Part shown: positions 19,418 to 30,666 of the stretch, piece after piece | Numbering within the stretch: position 1 is the stretch's first letter | Layout of the letters: every line of letters begins with the position of its first letter | Assembly: GCA_965199495.1 (NCBI GenBank) | Contig: CBDASK010000003.1 | Coordinates: forward strand, 2,016,001 to 2,080,000 | DNA: 64,000 bases | From: Abditibacterium sp. | GTDB taxonomy: Bacteria > Armatimonadota > Abditibacteriia > Abditibacteriales > Abditibacteriaceae | Reading direction: 5' to 3' | Translations under genes and position numbers: made by a program | Notes under the pieces: generated by a model | Seen by the model: the letters and a program-made list of their open reading frames with translations, nothing else | Told to the model about the DNA's origin: nothing | The model's database searches: none

Positions 19418-20266
19418 TTAATTTTTGATTTTGACGATTTTCGCGCTGACGACTTTTTCCATTTCCTTTTCGCTCGGAATATAAGCCGATGCTTGACCCG
19501 TTTCGCCGATGGCCGTGTAGAAGACTTTCGTCATCGAAATGCCGTTGCCGTAGTCGTTTTGCGGGCCGACGAGAATGCCGTCTTTGTCGCGGAATTGAAT
19601 GTAGAACGCTGGTCGCGCGCCTGTTTCGACTTTCGCTTTGAGATAGAAAAACATCTCGTTGGCGGGCGGCTTCGGGTATTCGTAGCGCACGACTTCAAAA
19701 TAATCTTCCATCTCGCTGAAATCAATTTTTGGTTGTCCGTTCTCGTCGCGTGTGTCTTGTTTGTTTTCGTCGGTCGCGCCCGTTTTCGGCGCTTGTGCGC
19801 CAACTTTCGGTTGCTTGTTTGTTGTCGGAGCTTTCGCCGTTCCGCCTTGCTGATGCTCGTCTTTTTCCTGCGTGATTCGCTCGTTTTCTTTTCCCATTTC
19901 CCATTCGTCGAACGAATTGCGATAGAAGTAATAAACGCCGCGCGTCATGTGTTGCAAATGATAAGTCCCCCCGTTTTTGTGCGTCGTGAAATCCACTTTG
20001 ACCGGATAAGTTAAATAAGTCGCGGGCGGAATTTGAAACGTATGCCTTACAGCGGGCGCGATTCGCACGGGACTGTCGAAAGTCACGCTGCAATCGTCGC
20101 TTTTGTCGCAGTTGTGCGTCCACCAATCGGTGAAATAGGCTTTGACCTCCTTTTCGGTAATTGGGCCTTTCTTCTGCGCGAAGCTGGGCCGAAGCGCGCC
20201 GAGCAGAAAGACAGCGGTGATTGCCAGCAGTAACGATTGTCGTCGCGGATTGAGTTGGATTTTCAT
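19418..20266 (-). CDS. Hypothetical secreted protein
   Basis: Start MKIQLNPRRQSLLLA with a CAGGAG RBS. Signal peptide ends SFA|Q. Confidence 0.75.
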   Translation of the reverse strand: MKIQLNPRRQSLLLAITAVFLLGALRPSFAQKKGPITEKEVKAYFTDWWTHNCDKSDDCSVTFDSPVRIAPAVRHTFQIPPATYLTYPVKVDFTTHKNGGTYHLQHMTRGVYYFYRNSFDEWEMGKENERITQEKDEHQQGGTAKAPTTNKQPKVGAQAPKTGATDENKQDTRDENGQPKIDFSEMEDYFEVVRYEYPKPPANEMFFYLKAKVETGARPAFYIQFRDKDGILVGPQNDYGNGISMTKVFYTAIGETGQASAYIPSEKEMEKVVSAKIVKIKN

Positions 20267-20399
20267 TTGGATTTCTCCTGTTGTTTTTATCGGCCACCGC
20301 ACCGAAAGCGTTTTAACTGGCGGCGCGTTAATCCATTCGCCTTCGATTGTCGTTCGACAATTGGCACGCTTTTCTAAAATAACGGGCGTTCGCAAACGA

Positions 20400-21770
20400 C
20401 TATTTGACCAAGTAGAGCATGGGCGAGTCCGGGTTGCTGCCCGCGTAAGTCGGCTTCTTCCATTCGACGGTTGCTGTCGGCAGCCACGTCGCCGTCCAAT
20501 CTCCTCCGCCATAAGGATTTGCCGACGACAAGCGCAAATCGTGCAGGGCGCCGTTCGCTTCGCGCAGTCGGGCCGTCGCTTGGTAAAGCCCGATGGGGAT
20601 GCCATAAACATTCACGCTGACCGCAATGGGAAACTCGCGCACGATGGGCGCGGTGCCGACCGAATTATCTATGCGCGGGTCTGCCGTTGGAGTGAGAGTC
20701 AGAATGATCTGCGAGCCGGGGAAAGCGCCCAGAAGTCCCGTGTCAAAGGCGCCAGCTCCGTTGGCGCAACCCACGCTAATGTTGCCGCCATAGCGATAAG
20801 AATGCGCGTCGTCGCCGAGGGAATATTCAACGGTGTTTTGCGCGGAATAGCCCGGTTGCGGGCCATCTATCTTCAATACGAAATCGCGCACGATGCCTTT
20901 GTCTGCGGTGCCGTTATAATCCCAGGGTTCGCTCGCAAAAGGAATGGGCTGAGTCGGCTGCAAATCCAGCAGCCAAGGATTGTTGCGGTAGGAGACATGG
21001 CCGCGTGCCACGATGTGCGTGATGAGCAAGCCTTTTTGCATCGGCAATTCGTAGTAGCCGTGCTTGCCCTCGGCGTTGCCTTGCCCATAGAGCTGGCCCG
21101 ACGCCATGACGCTGAAGTCTTCGATGGGCCGTCCGTCTTCGTAAAGCGCCCGCCCGATGATGAAACCGGCTTTGGGCGCAAGCGGCGGCAACTTGATCGC
21201 TTTGGTGGGTGACTTAACAGGCGCGGCGGGCGTTGGTTTGATCGCTTTAGCGGGCGCATCCGCTCCGCAGTTGGTGGGCGTGCCACCTTTGGCCGCTTCC
21301 CCCAAGGCCTGCTTTTGCGCTGCGGTGAGTGGCGGCGCGGCACCAGCTCGCGCATCAGGAGCCACGTCGGCCATTTTCTGCGCGGCGTCGGCCTGCGCGG
21401 TTTTGCCTTCGGCGCGCAGTGCGTCGGCCAAAGCCTGCCACGCTTCTTTGTAGCGCGGATCGGTCTGGATGGATTTACGAAACTCGGCTTCGGCCTCGGC
21501 ATACTTCTTTTGGCCCATGAAACCCATGCCGTTGTCGTAAAATTCCGTTTCGTCTCCGGCATCGCAATTGAGATGTTGTTTCGCTCGCGCGGCGATTATC
21601 GCGCCGGTTCGTGACTGTTTTTTATCTTCGCAAACTCGCGGAGCGCGCGCTCTACAAGGTGCGCCGCTGCCGTTTTGTGCGAATGCCGAAGTCAGCGCGC
21701 CAAACGTAGAAAGCGTTGCCACTGTTGCCAGCAAGATCGCTTTCGGGCGTTGATTGTTTTGGTTCTTCAT
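20400..21770 (-). CDS. Secreted TPR-containing hypothetical protein
   Basis: Signal peptide ending AFA|Q. TPR segment YDNGMGFMGQKKYAEAEAEFRKSIQTDPRYKEAW. Confidence 0.75.
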   Translation of the reverse strand: MKNQNNQRPKAILLATVATLSTFGALTSAFAQNGSGAPCRARAPRVCEDKKQSRTGAIIAARAKQHLNCDAGDETEFYDNGMGFMGQKKYAEAEAEFRKSIQTDPRYKEAWQALADALRAEGKTAQADAAQKMADVAPDARAGAAPPLTAAQKQALGEAAKGGTPTNCGADAPAKAIKPTPAAPVKSPTKAIKLPPLAPKAGFIIGRALYEDGRPIEDFSVMASGQLYGQGNAEGKHGYYELPMQKGLLITHIVARGHVSYRNNPWLLDLQPTQPIPFASEPWDYNGTADKGIVRDFVLKIDGPQPGYSAQNTVEYSLGDDAHSYRYGGNISVGCANGAGAFDTGLLGAFPGSQIILTLTPTADPRIDNSVGTAPIVREFPIAVSVNVYGIPIGLYQATARLREANGALHDLRLSSANPYGGGDWTATWLPTATVEWKKPTYAGSNPDSPMLYLVK

Positions 21771-21917
21771 GTTTATCGTTTCCTTTGAGATTTGTCTTTC
21801 GACGAATTGACGCCCCATCAATGATTCGTGTCCAATGGGCGAATTCGCAAGTCGAGTTGATAATGGCAACATCCCGACTTGAGAAAGTCGGGACGTTGTT
21901 TTGTGGAAAGCGATATT

Positions 21918-23639
21918 TTATGTAGGCTCCGAATAGGGTTGCGAATAAGTGACGTGAACCGCCGACGAATTGGTTTCGATCAGATCGGTGACGCCGTCGT
22001 TGCTGCGTGCTTTTTGGAAGCGAAAACGCACATACAATTGTTGCTGCCCCGCGCTGACCGCTTTCTTCACCAAAGACGTGATGTCAACGGTGGTTTTGGC
22101 TTGTGGACTGGTGGTCGCCAGCACCGCGCTACTGTCCAAAGCTCCATCGTTGAGCGAGAAAGAATCGTTGGCGAATTCGACATAAAGCGGGCCGAGTTTG
22201 TTAAAGGGATCGCCTTTTTGCGAAGTCAAAACCTGGCCGATGTCCACTTTGGCGGATACGACCGACGTGTTGGGCGGAAGCGTGCCAATGTTATAGGAGT
22301 GGATGATTTGAATCGCGCCATTGCCGCTGCCTTCCTGGTCGCCGACGAGCGCGCGAACTGTCGAAGTGCCCTCGCTGCCATTGGCCAGACGAACCTTCGT
22401 TTTGTCGTCTAACGGATAAAGATCGCCGGTGAAAGTAGTGGGTGGCCCGCTTGGAGTCGGCGCGGTTGTCGGCACTGCTGTCGGCATTGTCGTCGGATGT
22501 GCTGTCGGCGCGGTTGTTGGTTTGGGCGTTGGGGTCGGCGTGGTTGCCGTTGTGGTGATGGTGCCAAACGAAGGCTGCACGCCATCCGTGATGACAAAAA
22601 TGCTGCCGGTCGTGCCGCCGACCGGCACAGAAACGATTTTTCCGTCGCGGCTGTAGACGATGCTCTGCTGACTTCTCCAAAAGCTGGGCGCGCTGTTGGT
22701 GCCATCCGTGGGTGAAACCGGCTTCCAATCGGTCGGCACAATCGCTTTGCCATCGGAGGGAATCAGGAAAATGCGCGGATTGGTCGCTATGTCGGCGCTT
22801 TCAAAGAAGATTTGCGGCCCCACCGACGAGAAAATCGGATTACCGGTCGAGCCGTTAAATGTGGGCGTCGGCGAGTTCGCGCCGCCGTTCAAATGATGCG
22901 TCAGACGCGTCAGATTTGTCGGCGTTGTCGAGCCTGCGGCAAAGGTCAGCTTGTAAAGCTCGGAAATGTCTTTTTTGGTGGCCTGGCCCAGATTCATACG
23001 ATAATTGCGGTCGGTGGCGAACACCATCTGCGTGCCGTCGCTCGACCATTCGGCGTCGTATTCGTCGGAAAGCGTGTCGGTATATTCGCGCTCACCCGTC
23101 GTTGTTGGCGTGCCGGGCGGGTTGATCGAAGTGTCGGGATTGTTCGCCAGACCGGTGAGTTTGGTGACCTTATTCGTCTTGAGGTTGATCAGATAAATGT
23201 GGGCCAGACCCGCACGGGTTTCCTGACCGGTGAAACTGATTTCATCGGCGTTTCTCCAGGCCGGATCGGTGGCGACGCGAAAGGTGAGGTCGCCGTCAGT
23301 CGGCACGACTTTTTGATTGGAACCGTCGGCGTCCATCGTCCAGATTTGAGTGCCGCGCACGAACACGATCTTGTTGTTGGCAAGCGCCGGTTGGCTGTCG
23401 GTGCTGCTGGTCGTGAGTGGGTGCGCGTTTTTGCCGCCGCTATCCACGATCCATATCGGCCCTGAACCGCGCGGATCGGACGGATTGGTGCCCGTGGGCC
23501 GCACGAAAACGATCTTTTCGCTGGAACTTGTGGAGGGCGGATTTAGCAGAGAGGAATCGGAGCCGCCGCAACCGTTGAGGATCAAAGCCCCGCCCAGAAC
23601 GGCGGTGGCATACGCGAGATGTTTGAGTGAAGAAGACAT
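21918..23639 (-). CDS. Lipoprotein with TolB-like (PD40) beta-propeller and Pro/Thr linker
   Basis: Lipobox LILNGC. Repeats WSSDGTQMVF and IWTMDADGS. PT-rich linker. Confidence 0.8.
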   Translation of the reverse strand: MSSSLKHLAYATAVLGGALILNGCGGSDSSLLNPPSTSSSEKIVFVRPTGTNPSDPRGSGPIWIVDSGGKNAHPLTTSSTDSQPALANNKIVFVRGTQIWTMDADGSNQKVVPTDGDLTFRVATDPAWRNADEISFTGQETRAGLAHIYLINLKTNKVTKLTGLANNPDTSINPPGTPTTTGEREYTDTLSDEYDAEWSSDGTQMVFATDRNYRMNLGQATKKDISELYKLTFAAGSTTPTNLTRLTHHLNGGANSPTPTFNGSTGNPIFSSVGPQIFFESADIATNPRIFLIPSDGKAIVPTDWKPVSPTDGTNSAPSFWRSQQSIVYSRDGKIVSVPVGGTTGSIFVITDGVQPSFGTITTTATTPTPTPKPTTAPTAHPTTMPTAVPTTAPTPSGPPTTFTGDLYPLDDKTKVRLANGSEGTSTVRALVGDQEGSGNGAIQIIHSYNIGTLPPNTSVVSAKVDIGQVLTSQKGDPFNKLGPLYVEFANDSFSLNDGALDSSAVLATTSPQAKTTVDITSLVKKAVSAGQQQLYVRFRFQKARSNDGVTDLIETNSSAVHVTYSQPYSEPT

Positions 23640-23883
23640 GATGATGAAATCGGAGAAATTTCTCAATGTTGCGTCAATCAACGGAACATAATGAGTTCGC
23701 CCACTTTCGTGTCTCGGAAATTGAGCTTTGTTGACCGCTTCTCTCCTGTCAAGCGGCCAATAAAGCTCAATTTTAAAAAATCATCATGTCAACACAATGT
23801 CAAAACTTGAAAAAGTGATGGTTTTGGAAGCAAAACTGCTCGTTTGTTCGGATTTTTATGTGTCGTTGCGCCCTCAAAAATAG

Positions 23884-24627
23884 ATGACGAACCTCCCAAC
23901 TGACTTTTCGACTGTCCGCCGCGCGCGCGGATTTTCCCTTCTCGAATTGTTGGTTGTCGTGGCGATCATCGCGATTTTGGCGGCGCTGTTGTTGCCGACT
24001 TTGCAAAGCGCGCGCGAACGTGGCAGGCGCACCGTCTGCTTGTCGAATCTCAAACAAATCGGTCTGGCGCTCGAACTTTACGGGCGCGATAGCGATGATT
24101 ATTTCCCCAATACTTTTTTTGGTGCGTCGGCGCCCGGCACTTATAATGGTCAATATCGCTGGATGGACGCGCTCGAACCTTATCTGAAAAGCGAGCAGAT
24201 TTTCGTGTGCCCCGACGCGCCCGATTTGATTTATCGTCCGCGTAGCCTCAATTATGGCGGTTACGCCTACAACAGCACCTATTATAGTCGCCCCGACCCG
24301 GATGCAGCCACGCCGCCTTGCTCCAAGTGGGATAAGGGTTACGGCGTCGAAGAGAGCGAAGTCGCCGCGCCCGCGACGACGGTGTGGGTGACGGATGCGG
24401 CGGGCAACTTCGAGATTTCGTGGAGCGAAACCGCGCTTCCGCAAATCAACGCGACGATTCCGCGCACGTTTGGGCCGTTTGGATTGACCAACATGATTAT
24501 CGAGCGCCATCAAAATTTCATCAACGTTTTGTGGTGCGACGGCCACGCCAAAGCGCAGGGACTGGACGAAATCACGCGCAAAAATAGCGCGGGCCTCACC
24601 CGCGCTTTTACGATTCAGGACGATTGA
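23884..24627 (+). CDS. Prepilin-type N-terminal cleavage/methylation protein (DUF1559, H-X9-DG motif)
   Basis: [23 protein letters not shown]...CLSNLKQIG and C-terminal [13 protein letters not shown]. Confidence 0.9.
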   Translation: MTNLPTDFSTVRRARGFSLLELLVVVAIIAILAALLLPTLQSARERGRRTVCLSNLKQIGLALELYGRDSDDYFPNTFFGASAPGTYNGQYRWMDALEPYLKSEQIFVCPDAPDLIYRPRSLNYGGYAYNSTYYSRPDPDAATPPCSKWDKGYGVEESEVAAPATTVWVTDAAGNFEISWSETALPQINATIPRTFGPFGLTNMIIERHQNFINVLWCDGHAKAQGLDEITRKNSAGLTRAFTIQDD

Positions 24628-27376
24628 GCATTTGTAGTTCCCGCAATCCCTGCTGGCACGCTTGCGCGCGTTGCGTATCGCCGATGTCGCGCCATAAAAC
24701 GAGCGCTTCTTGCCATGCGTTGCGCGCATCTTCCGTTGCGCCCAACGCGTGCGCGGCGGCGCCCAATCCCGCCAAGGCCGAGGCGATTTCGGCGCGCAAT
24801 CCCAACTCGCGCGCTGTCGTCAGGGCGCTTTGATAGTTCGCGCGCGCCATTTCAAAACGTCCGGTGCGTTGCTCCAATTCGCCCAGCGCATCGAGCGTGC
24901 CGATGGCGGCGGTGTGAGCGTTCGCGCCGTGTCGCAACTGCAAACTGGCTTCGAGGTGGGCACGCGCGGCGACCAAATCGTTCGCCGACAACGCAGCGCG
25001 GCCTTCGATTTCTTCGACCCAACCCTGGCCGGGCGCATCGCTCAAATCGCGCCACAAAACGCGCGCGTCGCGGCAATAATTGCGCGCCTTTTCGGTTTGG
25101 CCGTCGGCCACAAGAGCGCCCGCCAGCGCCGTGAGTCCAACTGCGCGTTGGTGCGGCTGTGCGCCCCGATACAACTCCAAACTCTGCGCGAAATAAGCGC
25201 AGGCCGCACTCGAACGCCCCTGGCGTTGCGCGCTTGTCCCGCTCAAATTGAGCGCCCACGCCCGAATATCGGGTTGCTCGCTCGCGGTTTCGACCGCTTG
25301 AATTAGATGATTTTCCGCAATCTCATAGTCGCCCATTTGCAGCGCCAGAAAACCCGCGACCGTCGCGCCGCGCGCGCGCAAACGGTCGTCGTCGCTAATC
25401 AACTCCGGCAACGCCAACAATTTTTCCAGATGCGTTCTTCCTTCGCGCAAGCGTCCGCCCAGACGCCAGAACAGCCATAAAGCGCTCGCCAAACGTAAGC
25501 CGATGGCGGTTTCGCCTGCCCGCGTGGCCCAATCGAGCGCCGCGCTCAAATCGAGCCAGACTTTTTCCAAAGGCCAATGCCAATCTTGACTGGCGCCAAT
25601 ATTGGTTTCGATGCGCTGCGCCAAATCCACGAAATAAAGCGCGTGGCGCCGCGCCAAGTCGGCGCGCTCGTCAACGCTCAAAAGTCGTCGTGCGCCCGCG
25701 CGCACGGTTTCCGGCAAAACAAAACGTTGTTCCTGTTCGCCGTCCGGCACCGCGCGCAAAAGCGATGCGTCGCGCAAACGCGCGATGTTACGCAAAACTT
25801 CGCTTTCGTCTTTGCCAGAGGCAGAGGCAGCCACGGCGCCCGCCGCTTCGAGATCGAAGGGCGCACAAAAGACGCTTAAATTCGCTAAAAACGCGCGTTG
25901 CGGTGCGTCCAACAGTTCCAGACTCCAACTCAAAGTCGCGCTCAAACTGTGATGGCGCGCGGCGCGGCCCCGCGAAAGCGGCGGCAAATCGGCGTCGTGT
26001 TGCAAGCGCCGTAGCATTTGAGCCGGACTCAAAATTCCGGCGCGCGCCGCCGCCAGTTCGAGCGCGAGCGGCAAACCATCCAACTGTTGCAATAGGCGCG
26101 CGAACTCGACTTCGTTGGTTTTAAAAAGCGAAAATTTGGGATTGACCGCGCGCGCCCGATCCAGAAATAGCGCCGCCGCCGCGCTGGCGGCAATGTCGGC
26201 GGTCGCCGCAGAATCCGGCAACTCCAACGCGCCAATTTCCAGCAACGCTTCGCCCTCCAATTCGAGCCGCGCCCGCGAAGTCGCCAGCACGCGCAAACCC
26301 GCCACGCGCCCTTTGAGGCGGGCCAGCCAGTCGGCGCCATCGGGCAAAAGATGCTCGAAATTATCGAAACATAAGAGCGGCGCTTGGTTTTGCAACGCCT
26401 CAACCGCGCAATCGAGCGGCAACCGCGCGGGCGGCGTGGCTACATCGAGCGCCGCCACCAATGCCTCGTCCAGACGCGCGACTTCGGTCAAGCCTTCGAG
26501 CGGTATCCAAACCGCCGAAGTTGACGTGCGCGCCAACGCTTCGCGCGCCAACGCTTCGCGCGCCAACGCTTCGCGTGCTAACGCTTCGCGTGCTAACGCT
26601 TCGCGTGCTAACGCTTCGCACGCCAACCGCGTTTTGCCCGCGCCGCCCGGCCCGATAATTGTCAACAGCCACGGCGAATTCTGGCGCGCGGATAAATGAG
26701 AATCCAACTGCTCCAATTCGCTTTCGCGTCCGAAAAAACGCGAGAGAAAAATCGGCGCCGCGCCCACTGATTTCGCGGCGACAGTGCGCGCGGATGGGTT
26801 GGGAGGAAACTCGATAATTAAACCGAGTTCGGCGCCGCGATGCGCCCATTGCTGCGCGCGCGCAGTTTCGCCCTGCGTCTGCAAATCACCGATCAACGTT
26901 TCCAATGCCGCGCTGGCGAGCGTTTCCAAACGCGTGGCGGCGGCGGGAATCCAATCTTCGTAATAGCCTTTTAACAGCGGGCCGCGATAAAGTTCGAGCG
27001 CGCGCTCCAAAAGCGGAGTGCGTTCGGGCGACGTGGCGGCTTCGCGCAGCAACGCTTCCAATTCGCCGACATCGGTTTCGACGCCTTCCAGCGCCACCAA
27101 CGAGCGGTCGGCGCGCACGCAACGGCCCGCTTCGCCGTCGCTTTCCAGATCGCGCCGCAACGCCGCCAGCGAAAGGCGCAAATTATTGCGTCCGGTTTCG
27201 AGCGAAGCATCGGGCCAGATTTCTTCGATCAATGTTTCGCGCGCCTGACTGCGATTGACGTAAGCCAACAGCGCCAGCAACGCGCCCGTTTTGCGCGTGC
27301 GAAACCCCTCGATAACGACCGCGCCGCGCCGCGCGCGTAAACCGCCCAAAAGTTCGATGCGCCAGAGATTTGCCAC
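24608..27376 (-). CDS. AfsR/SARP-type regulator (HTH-BTAD, NB-ARC-like ATPase, TPR)
   Basis: IELLGGL...[16 protein letters not shown], Walker [29 protein letters not shown] and C-terminal TPRs. Confidence 0.9.
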   Translation of the reverse strand: MANLWRIELLGGLRARRGAVVIEGFRTRKTGALLALLAYVNRSQARETLIEEIWPDASLETGRNNLRLSLAALRRDLESDGEAGRCVRADRSLVALEGVETDVGELEALLREAATSPERTPLLERALELYRGPLLKGYYEDWIPAAATRLETLASAALETLIGDLQTQGETARAQQWAHRGAELGLIIEFPPNPSARTVAAKSVGAAPIFLSRFFGRESELEQLDSHLSARQNSPWLLTIIGPGGAGKTRLACEALAREALAREALAREALAREALAREALARTSTSAVWIPLEGLTEVARLDEALVAALDVATPPARLPLDCAVEALQNQAPLLCFDNFEHLLPDGADWLARLKGRVAGLRVLATSRARLELEGEALLEIGALELPDSAATADIAASAAAALFLDRARAVNPKFSLFKTNEVEFARLLQQLDGLPLALELAAARAGILSPAQMLRRLQHDADLPPLSRGRAARHHSLSATLSWSLELLDAPQRAFLANLSVFCAPFDLEAAGAVAASASGKDESEVLRNIARLRDASLLRAVPDGEQEQRFVLPETVRAGARRLLSVDERADLARRHALYFVDLAQRIETNIGASQDWHWPLEKVWLDLSAALDWATRAGETAIGLRLASALWLFWRLGGRLREGRTHLEKLLALPELISDDDRLRARGATVAGFLALQMGDYEIAENHLIQAVETASEQPDIRAWALNLSGTSAQRQGRSSAACAYFAQSLELYRGAQPHQRAVGLTALAGALVADGQTEKARNYCRDARVLWRDLSDAPGQGWVEEIEGRAALSANDLVAARAHLEASLQLRHGANAHTAAIGTLDALGELEQRTGRFEMARANYQSALTTARELGLRAEIASALAGLGAAAHALGATEDARNAWQEALVLWRDIGDTQRAQACQQGLRELQMLNRPES
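26528..26617 (-). repeat. In-frame 15-bp tandem repeat x6 encoding (EALAR)6
   Basis: On the + strand, 3x GCGCGCCAACGCTTC followed by 3x GCGTGCTAACGCTTC. Confidence 0.92.
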
Positions 27377-27387
27377 GAAAACTCAGT

Positions 27388-27942
27388 CTATTCGCGCGTG
27401 CGCATTTGAGCCAATAATAAACCCAGCACGCTCAATCCGTCGGTAATTTCGCCACGCAAAGCCATTTGCACAGCTTCTTCGAGCGGCACGCGGCGCAGTC
27501 GCAATTCTTCGGTGCCTTCGGGCATCGCTTCGCCCTGCGTTAAATCGGTCGCCAAAAACAAAGTGCCGCGTTCGTCGCAAACCGAGTTCGACAGATGGAT
27601 TTCGCCGCCCAATGTCTGCATCGAAGCGGCGATGAGACCGGTTTCTTCGCGCAGTTCGCGGCGCGCGGCTTCGATGGGCAATTCAGTTTTGGGACAGCCG
27701 CCTTCGGGAATTTCCCAGCTATATTCGTTCATCGTATAGCGAAATTGGCCGACGAGCGTGACGGTTCCATTGTCGTGGAGCGGCACCACGCCAATCGCGC
27801 GATTTTTCATCGAAACCACGCCATAAATACCGGGATTTCCATCGGGCCGCGTCACGTCGTCTTCGCGCACAGTAACCCACGCATTTTCGTAAATTTCGCG
27901 CGTCGCGTTGGTTTGCCACGGATTATTTTCGGAAGAATTCAC
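27388..27942 (-). CDS. NUDIX hydrolase (ADP-ribose pyrophosphatase-like)
   Basis: QFRY...WEIPEGG...AARRELREETG. Start uncertain; GTG 27942 chosen because 28005 lies inside a repeat. Confidence 0.9.
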   Translation of the reverse strand: MNSSENNPWQTNATREIYENAWVTVREDDVTRPDGNPGIYGVVSMKNRAIGVVPLHDNGTVTLVGQFRYTMNEYSWEIPEGGCPKTELPIEAARRELREETGLIAASMQTLGGEIHLSNSVCDERGTLFLATDLTQGEAMPEGTEELRLRRVPLEEAVQMALRGEITDGLSVLGLLLAQMRTRE

Positions 27943-27983
27943 GAGTTGAGTTTGCTTCTTTTGTAAAATTCGAGAGGTTGGTA

Positions 27984-28115
27984 AAAAATTAGCCACAGAG
28001 TTCACAGAGGGGCACAGAGAAGATTTAGAGTTTCACAACAATCGAAAATTGCTTTTAACTTTTAATTTTCTAGGTTTCTCTCTGTGCTTCTCTGTGAACT
28101 CTGTGGCTAATTTTT
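27984..28115. repeat. Palindromic element, family D (CACAGAG repeats)
   Basis: 37-bp arms 27984-28020 and 28079-28115 with 2 mismatches. Ends 8 bp before the serS ATG. Confidence 0.88.
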
Positions 28116-28123
28116 GATTCATT

Positions 28124-29419
28124 ATGTTAGACATTAAAACTTTGCGCGCCGAGCCGGACGCGCTTAAAATTCAACTGCAAAACAAAGGCATCGCTGGCGC
28201 CGCCGAACTCATCGATCAAACGCTCAAACTGGACGAAGAACGGCGCAATTTGTTGGTGCAAGCCGAAGAGTTCAAGCGCCAGCGCAACGACGTTTCGGCG
28301 CAAGTCGGCAAGGCCAAGAAAAATGGCGAAAATGCCGACGAACTTTTGGTGCGCGGAACGAATTTAGCCGCGCAAATCACCGAATTAGACGCGCAAATGC
28401 GCCACATTGATGAACGATTAAACGCCTTGATGTTGGAAATTCCCAACGGCCACCATGAAAGCGCGCCGATTGGGGCGGGCGAAGAGCAAAACGTCGAAGT
28501 CAGAAAGTGGGGCGAGCCGCGCGCGTTCGATTTTGAGGTGAAGCCGCACTGGGAAATCGGCGAAAATCTGGGCATTTTGGATTTTGAGAGCGCCGCCAAA
28601 ATTTCGGGTTCGCGCTTTTACGTTTTGAAACGCGCGGGCGCCAAACTCGAACGCGCTTTGATTTCGTGGATGCTCGATTTGCACACTGAAACCAACGGTT
28701 ACGAAGAGATTTTGCCGCCGGTTTTGGTGCGTTCGAGCGCGATGCAGGGCGTCGGCATTTTGCCGAAATTCGCCGAAGACGCTTATAAAGTCGAGAACCA
28801 AGATTTGTGGCTGATTCCGACTGCCGAAGTGCCCGTCACCGGTTTGCATACCGATGAAATTTTGGACGCTGGACAATTGCCGATTCGATACGCGGCCTAT
28901 TCGCCCTGTTTTCGCAGCGAGGCGGGCAGCGCCGGGCGCGACACGCGCGGCATGATTCGCGTTCACCAGTTCGATAAAGTCGAATTGGTCTGGTTCGTCG
29001 CGCCCGACAAATCTTACGAGGCGCTGGAACAATTGCGCGCGCACGCCGAAATGGTGTTGGAACAGTTGGAGTTGCCGTATAGAACGATGGAACACGCGAC
29101 GGGCGATTTGGGTTTCAAAGCGACCAAAGCCTACGATCCCGAAGTGTGGTTTCCGGCGCAAAATGCCTATCGCGAGATTTCGTCGTGCTCCAACTTTGAG
29201 GCATTTCAGGCGCGCCGCAGCAACATTCGTTATCGGCCCATCGGCGAAAATGGCAAGCCGGGCAAACCCGATTTCGTGCATACGCTCAACGGTTCGGCGC
29301 TGGCGGTCGGGCGCACGATGGCGGCGATTTTGGAGAATTTCCAAAACGCCGATGGCTCGGTGACGATTCCCAAAGTGTTGCGCAGTTATATGGGCGGCTT
29401 GGAGAAAATCGGCGGCTAA
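28124..29419 (+). CDS. serS: Serine--tRNA ligase
   Basis: LIPTAEV, CFRSEAGSAGRDTRGMIRVHQFDKVE, YREISSCSN and HTLNGSALAVGR. Confidence 0.98.
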   Translation: MLDIKTLRAEPDALKIQLQNKGIAGAAELIDQTLKLDEERRNLLVQAEEFKRQRNDVSAQVGKAKKNGENADELLVRGTNLAAQITELDAQMRHIDERLNALMLEIPNGHHESAPIGAGEEQNVEVRKWGEPRAFDFEVKPHWEIGENLGILDFESAAKISGSRFYVLKRAGAKLERALISWMLDLHTETNGYEEILPPVLVRSSAMQGVGILPKFAEDAYKVENQDLWLIPTAEVPVTGLHTDEILDAGQLPIRYAAYSPCFRSEAGSAGRDTRGMIRVHQFDKVELVWFVAPDKSYEALEQLRAHAEMVLEQLELPYRTMEHATGDLGFKATKAYDPEVWFPAQNAYREISSCSNFEAFQARRSNIRYRPIGENGKPGKPDFVHTLNGSALAVGRTMAAILENFQNADGSVTIPKVLRSYMGGLEKIGG

Positions 29420-29460
29420 AAATTACAAGCGTTGATGGAGTCGAAAAGGGCAATAAATTT

Positions 29461-30666
29461 ATGAAATCACAATTCCTACTCGGCGCGTTGCTGGCCGTCG
29501 CCGTGGCTGCTTCGGCGCAACCCGCCAAAAATGCGCCCATGCTCGTCAACAACTTACCTTTTCCGCTTGTCTCGCCGCAAAAGGCGCAGCAGATGAGCCA
29601 GAAGAAAATCTCGTTGCACCTGCGCAATGCCACGCTTTTAGAAGCGTTGCAGTCTCTGCAAAAACAGAGTGGCGTGCGTTTCGATTCGGGAGAATTGGTG
29701 GCGCGCAACGTCTTTGCCCGCAAGCTCTCGCTCGATCTGGAAACCTCTTCGTTTTCTCGCGCGTTCGATGCCATCTTGAAGGCAGCCAAAACCGAAGGCA
29801 ATTTGAAGCGAACTGAAACTGGTGGCAACCTCGCGTGGAACCTCCAGTTCGGACATTTTGCAGCGCCCACAGATATGATTCAGTCGGGCGTCGGGGCGTT
29901 TCAGATTCAGCTTTTGGGAATCACCCAGATGGCCACGAAAACCGTGCTTGCGGGCAAAAACAGAGCGTTCACGCGCGCGCAAGATCAAAGCACGACGTTG
30001 ATGCTCGATGTCGCGCCCGATGCGGGGCTGCGAACCGTCGGATCGCCGCATATTCGGTTGACGCGCGTCGTTGACGATACGGGCCGTTCTCTACTCACTG
30101 GCCAAAAAGACGCGCCGTTCCGCTTTGGTTTAGGGCGAGACCGGAGTCAATCGGTGCGCCTAAAGTCGCCCGCGAATGGCGCCAAGAAGTTGGCGCGCGT
30201 CGAAGGCGTCGCGGTTTTTGTGGTGGCCTCGAAAACGGAACGCTGGGAGTTGCCCAATATCCTTGCGGCCAAGGAAGCGTCTCACACTTTTGGAAGCGGC
30301 GCCGGAAAAACTGTGGTGACTCTGCACGGCGCCCAGAGAGTCGAGCGCAACGTCAAACTCGATATTTCTCTCGTTACTTCCGCCCAAGAAAATATATTTT
30401 CCGTGCGCGCGCCACTCGCATCGAGCGAAGTTTTTCTGAGCGCGCTCGCGGTTAAACGCGACGATGGGCAAACTGTCAATTCTTTGGGATATTCTGCCAG
30501 TGGTGTCAATCACGGCCTGAATGTGAGTGCCTCCTTTTATCTGGGTTCTGAAGCTCCGCCGTTCACTGCGGCCTCGGATGCCGCGTTGACCTTGGTTCTC
30601 GACGCGCCCACCGAAATGGTGCAAACCGAAGTGCCCTTCGCGTTCAAAGATGTGCCTCTCCCATGA
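29461..30666 (+). CDS. Secreted hypothetical protein with STN-like N-domain (paralog 1)
   Basis: Signal peptide, ISLHLRNATLLEALQSLQKQSGVRF, and C-terminus VPFAFKDVPLP. Confidence 0.75.
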   Translation: MKSQFLLGALLAVAVAASAQPAKNAPMLVNNLPFPLVSPQKAQQMSQKKISLHLRNATLLEALQSLQKQSGVRFDSGELVARNVFARKLSLDLETSSFSRAFDAILKAAKTEGNLKRTETGGNLAWNLQFGHFAAPTDMIQSGVGAFQIQLLGITQMATKTVLAGKNRAFTRAQDQSTTLMLDVAPDAGLRTVGSPHIRLTRVVDDTGRSLLTGQKDAPFRFGLGRDRSQSVRLKSPANGAKKLARVEGVAVFVVASKTERWELPNILAAKEASHTFGSGAGKTVVTLHGAQRVERNVKLDISLVTSAQENIFSVRAPLASSEVFLSALAVKRDDGQTVNSLGYSASGVNHGLNVSASFYLGSEAPPFTAASDAALTLVLDAPTEMVQTEVPFAFKDVPLP

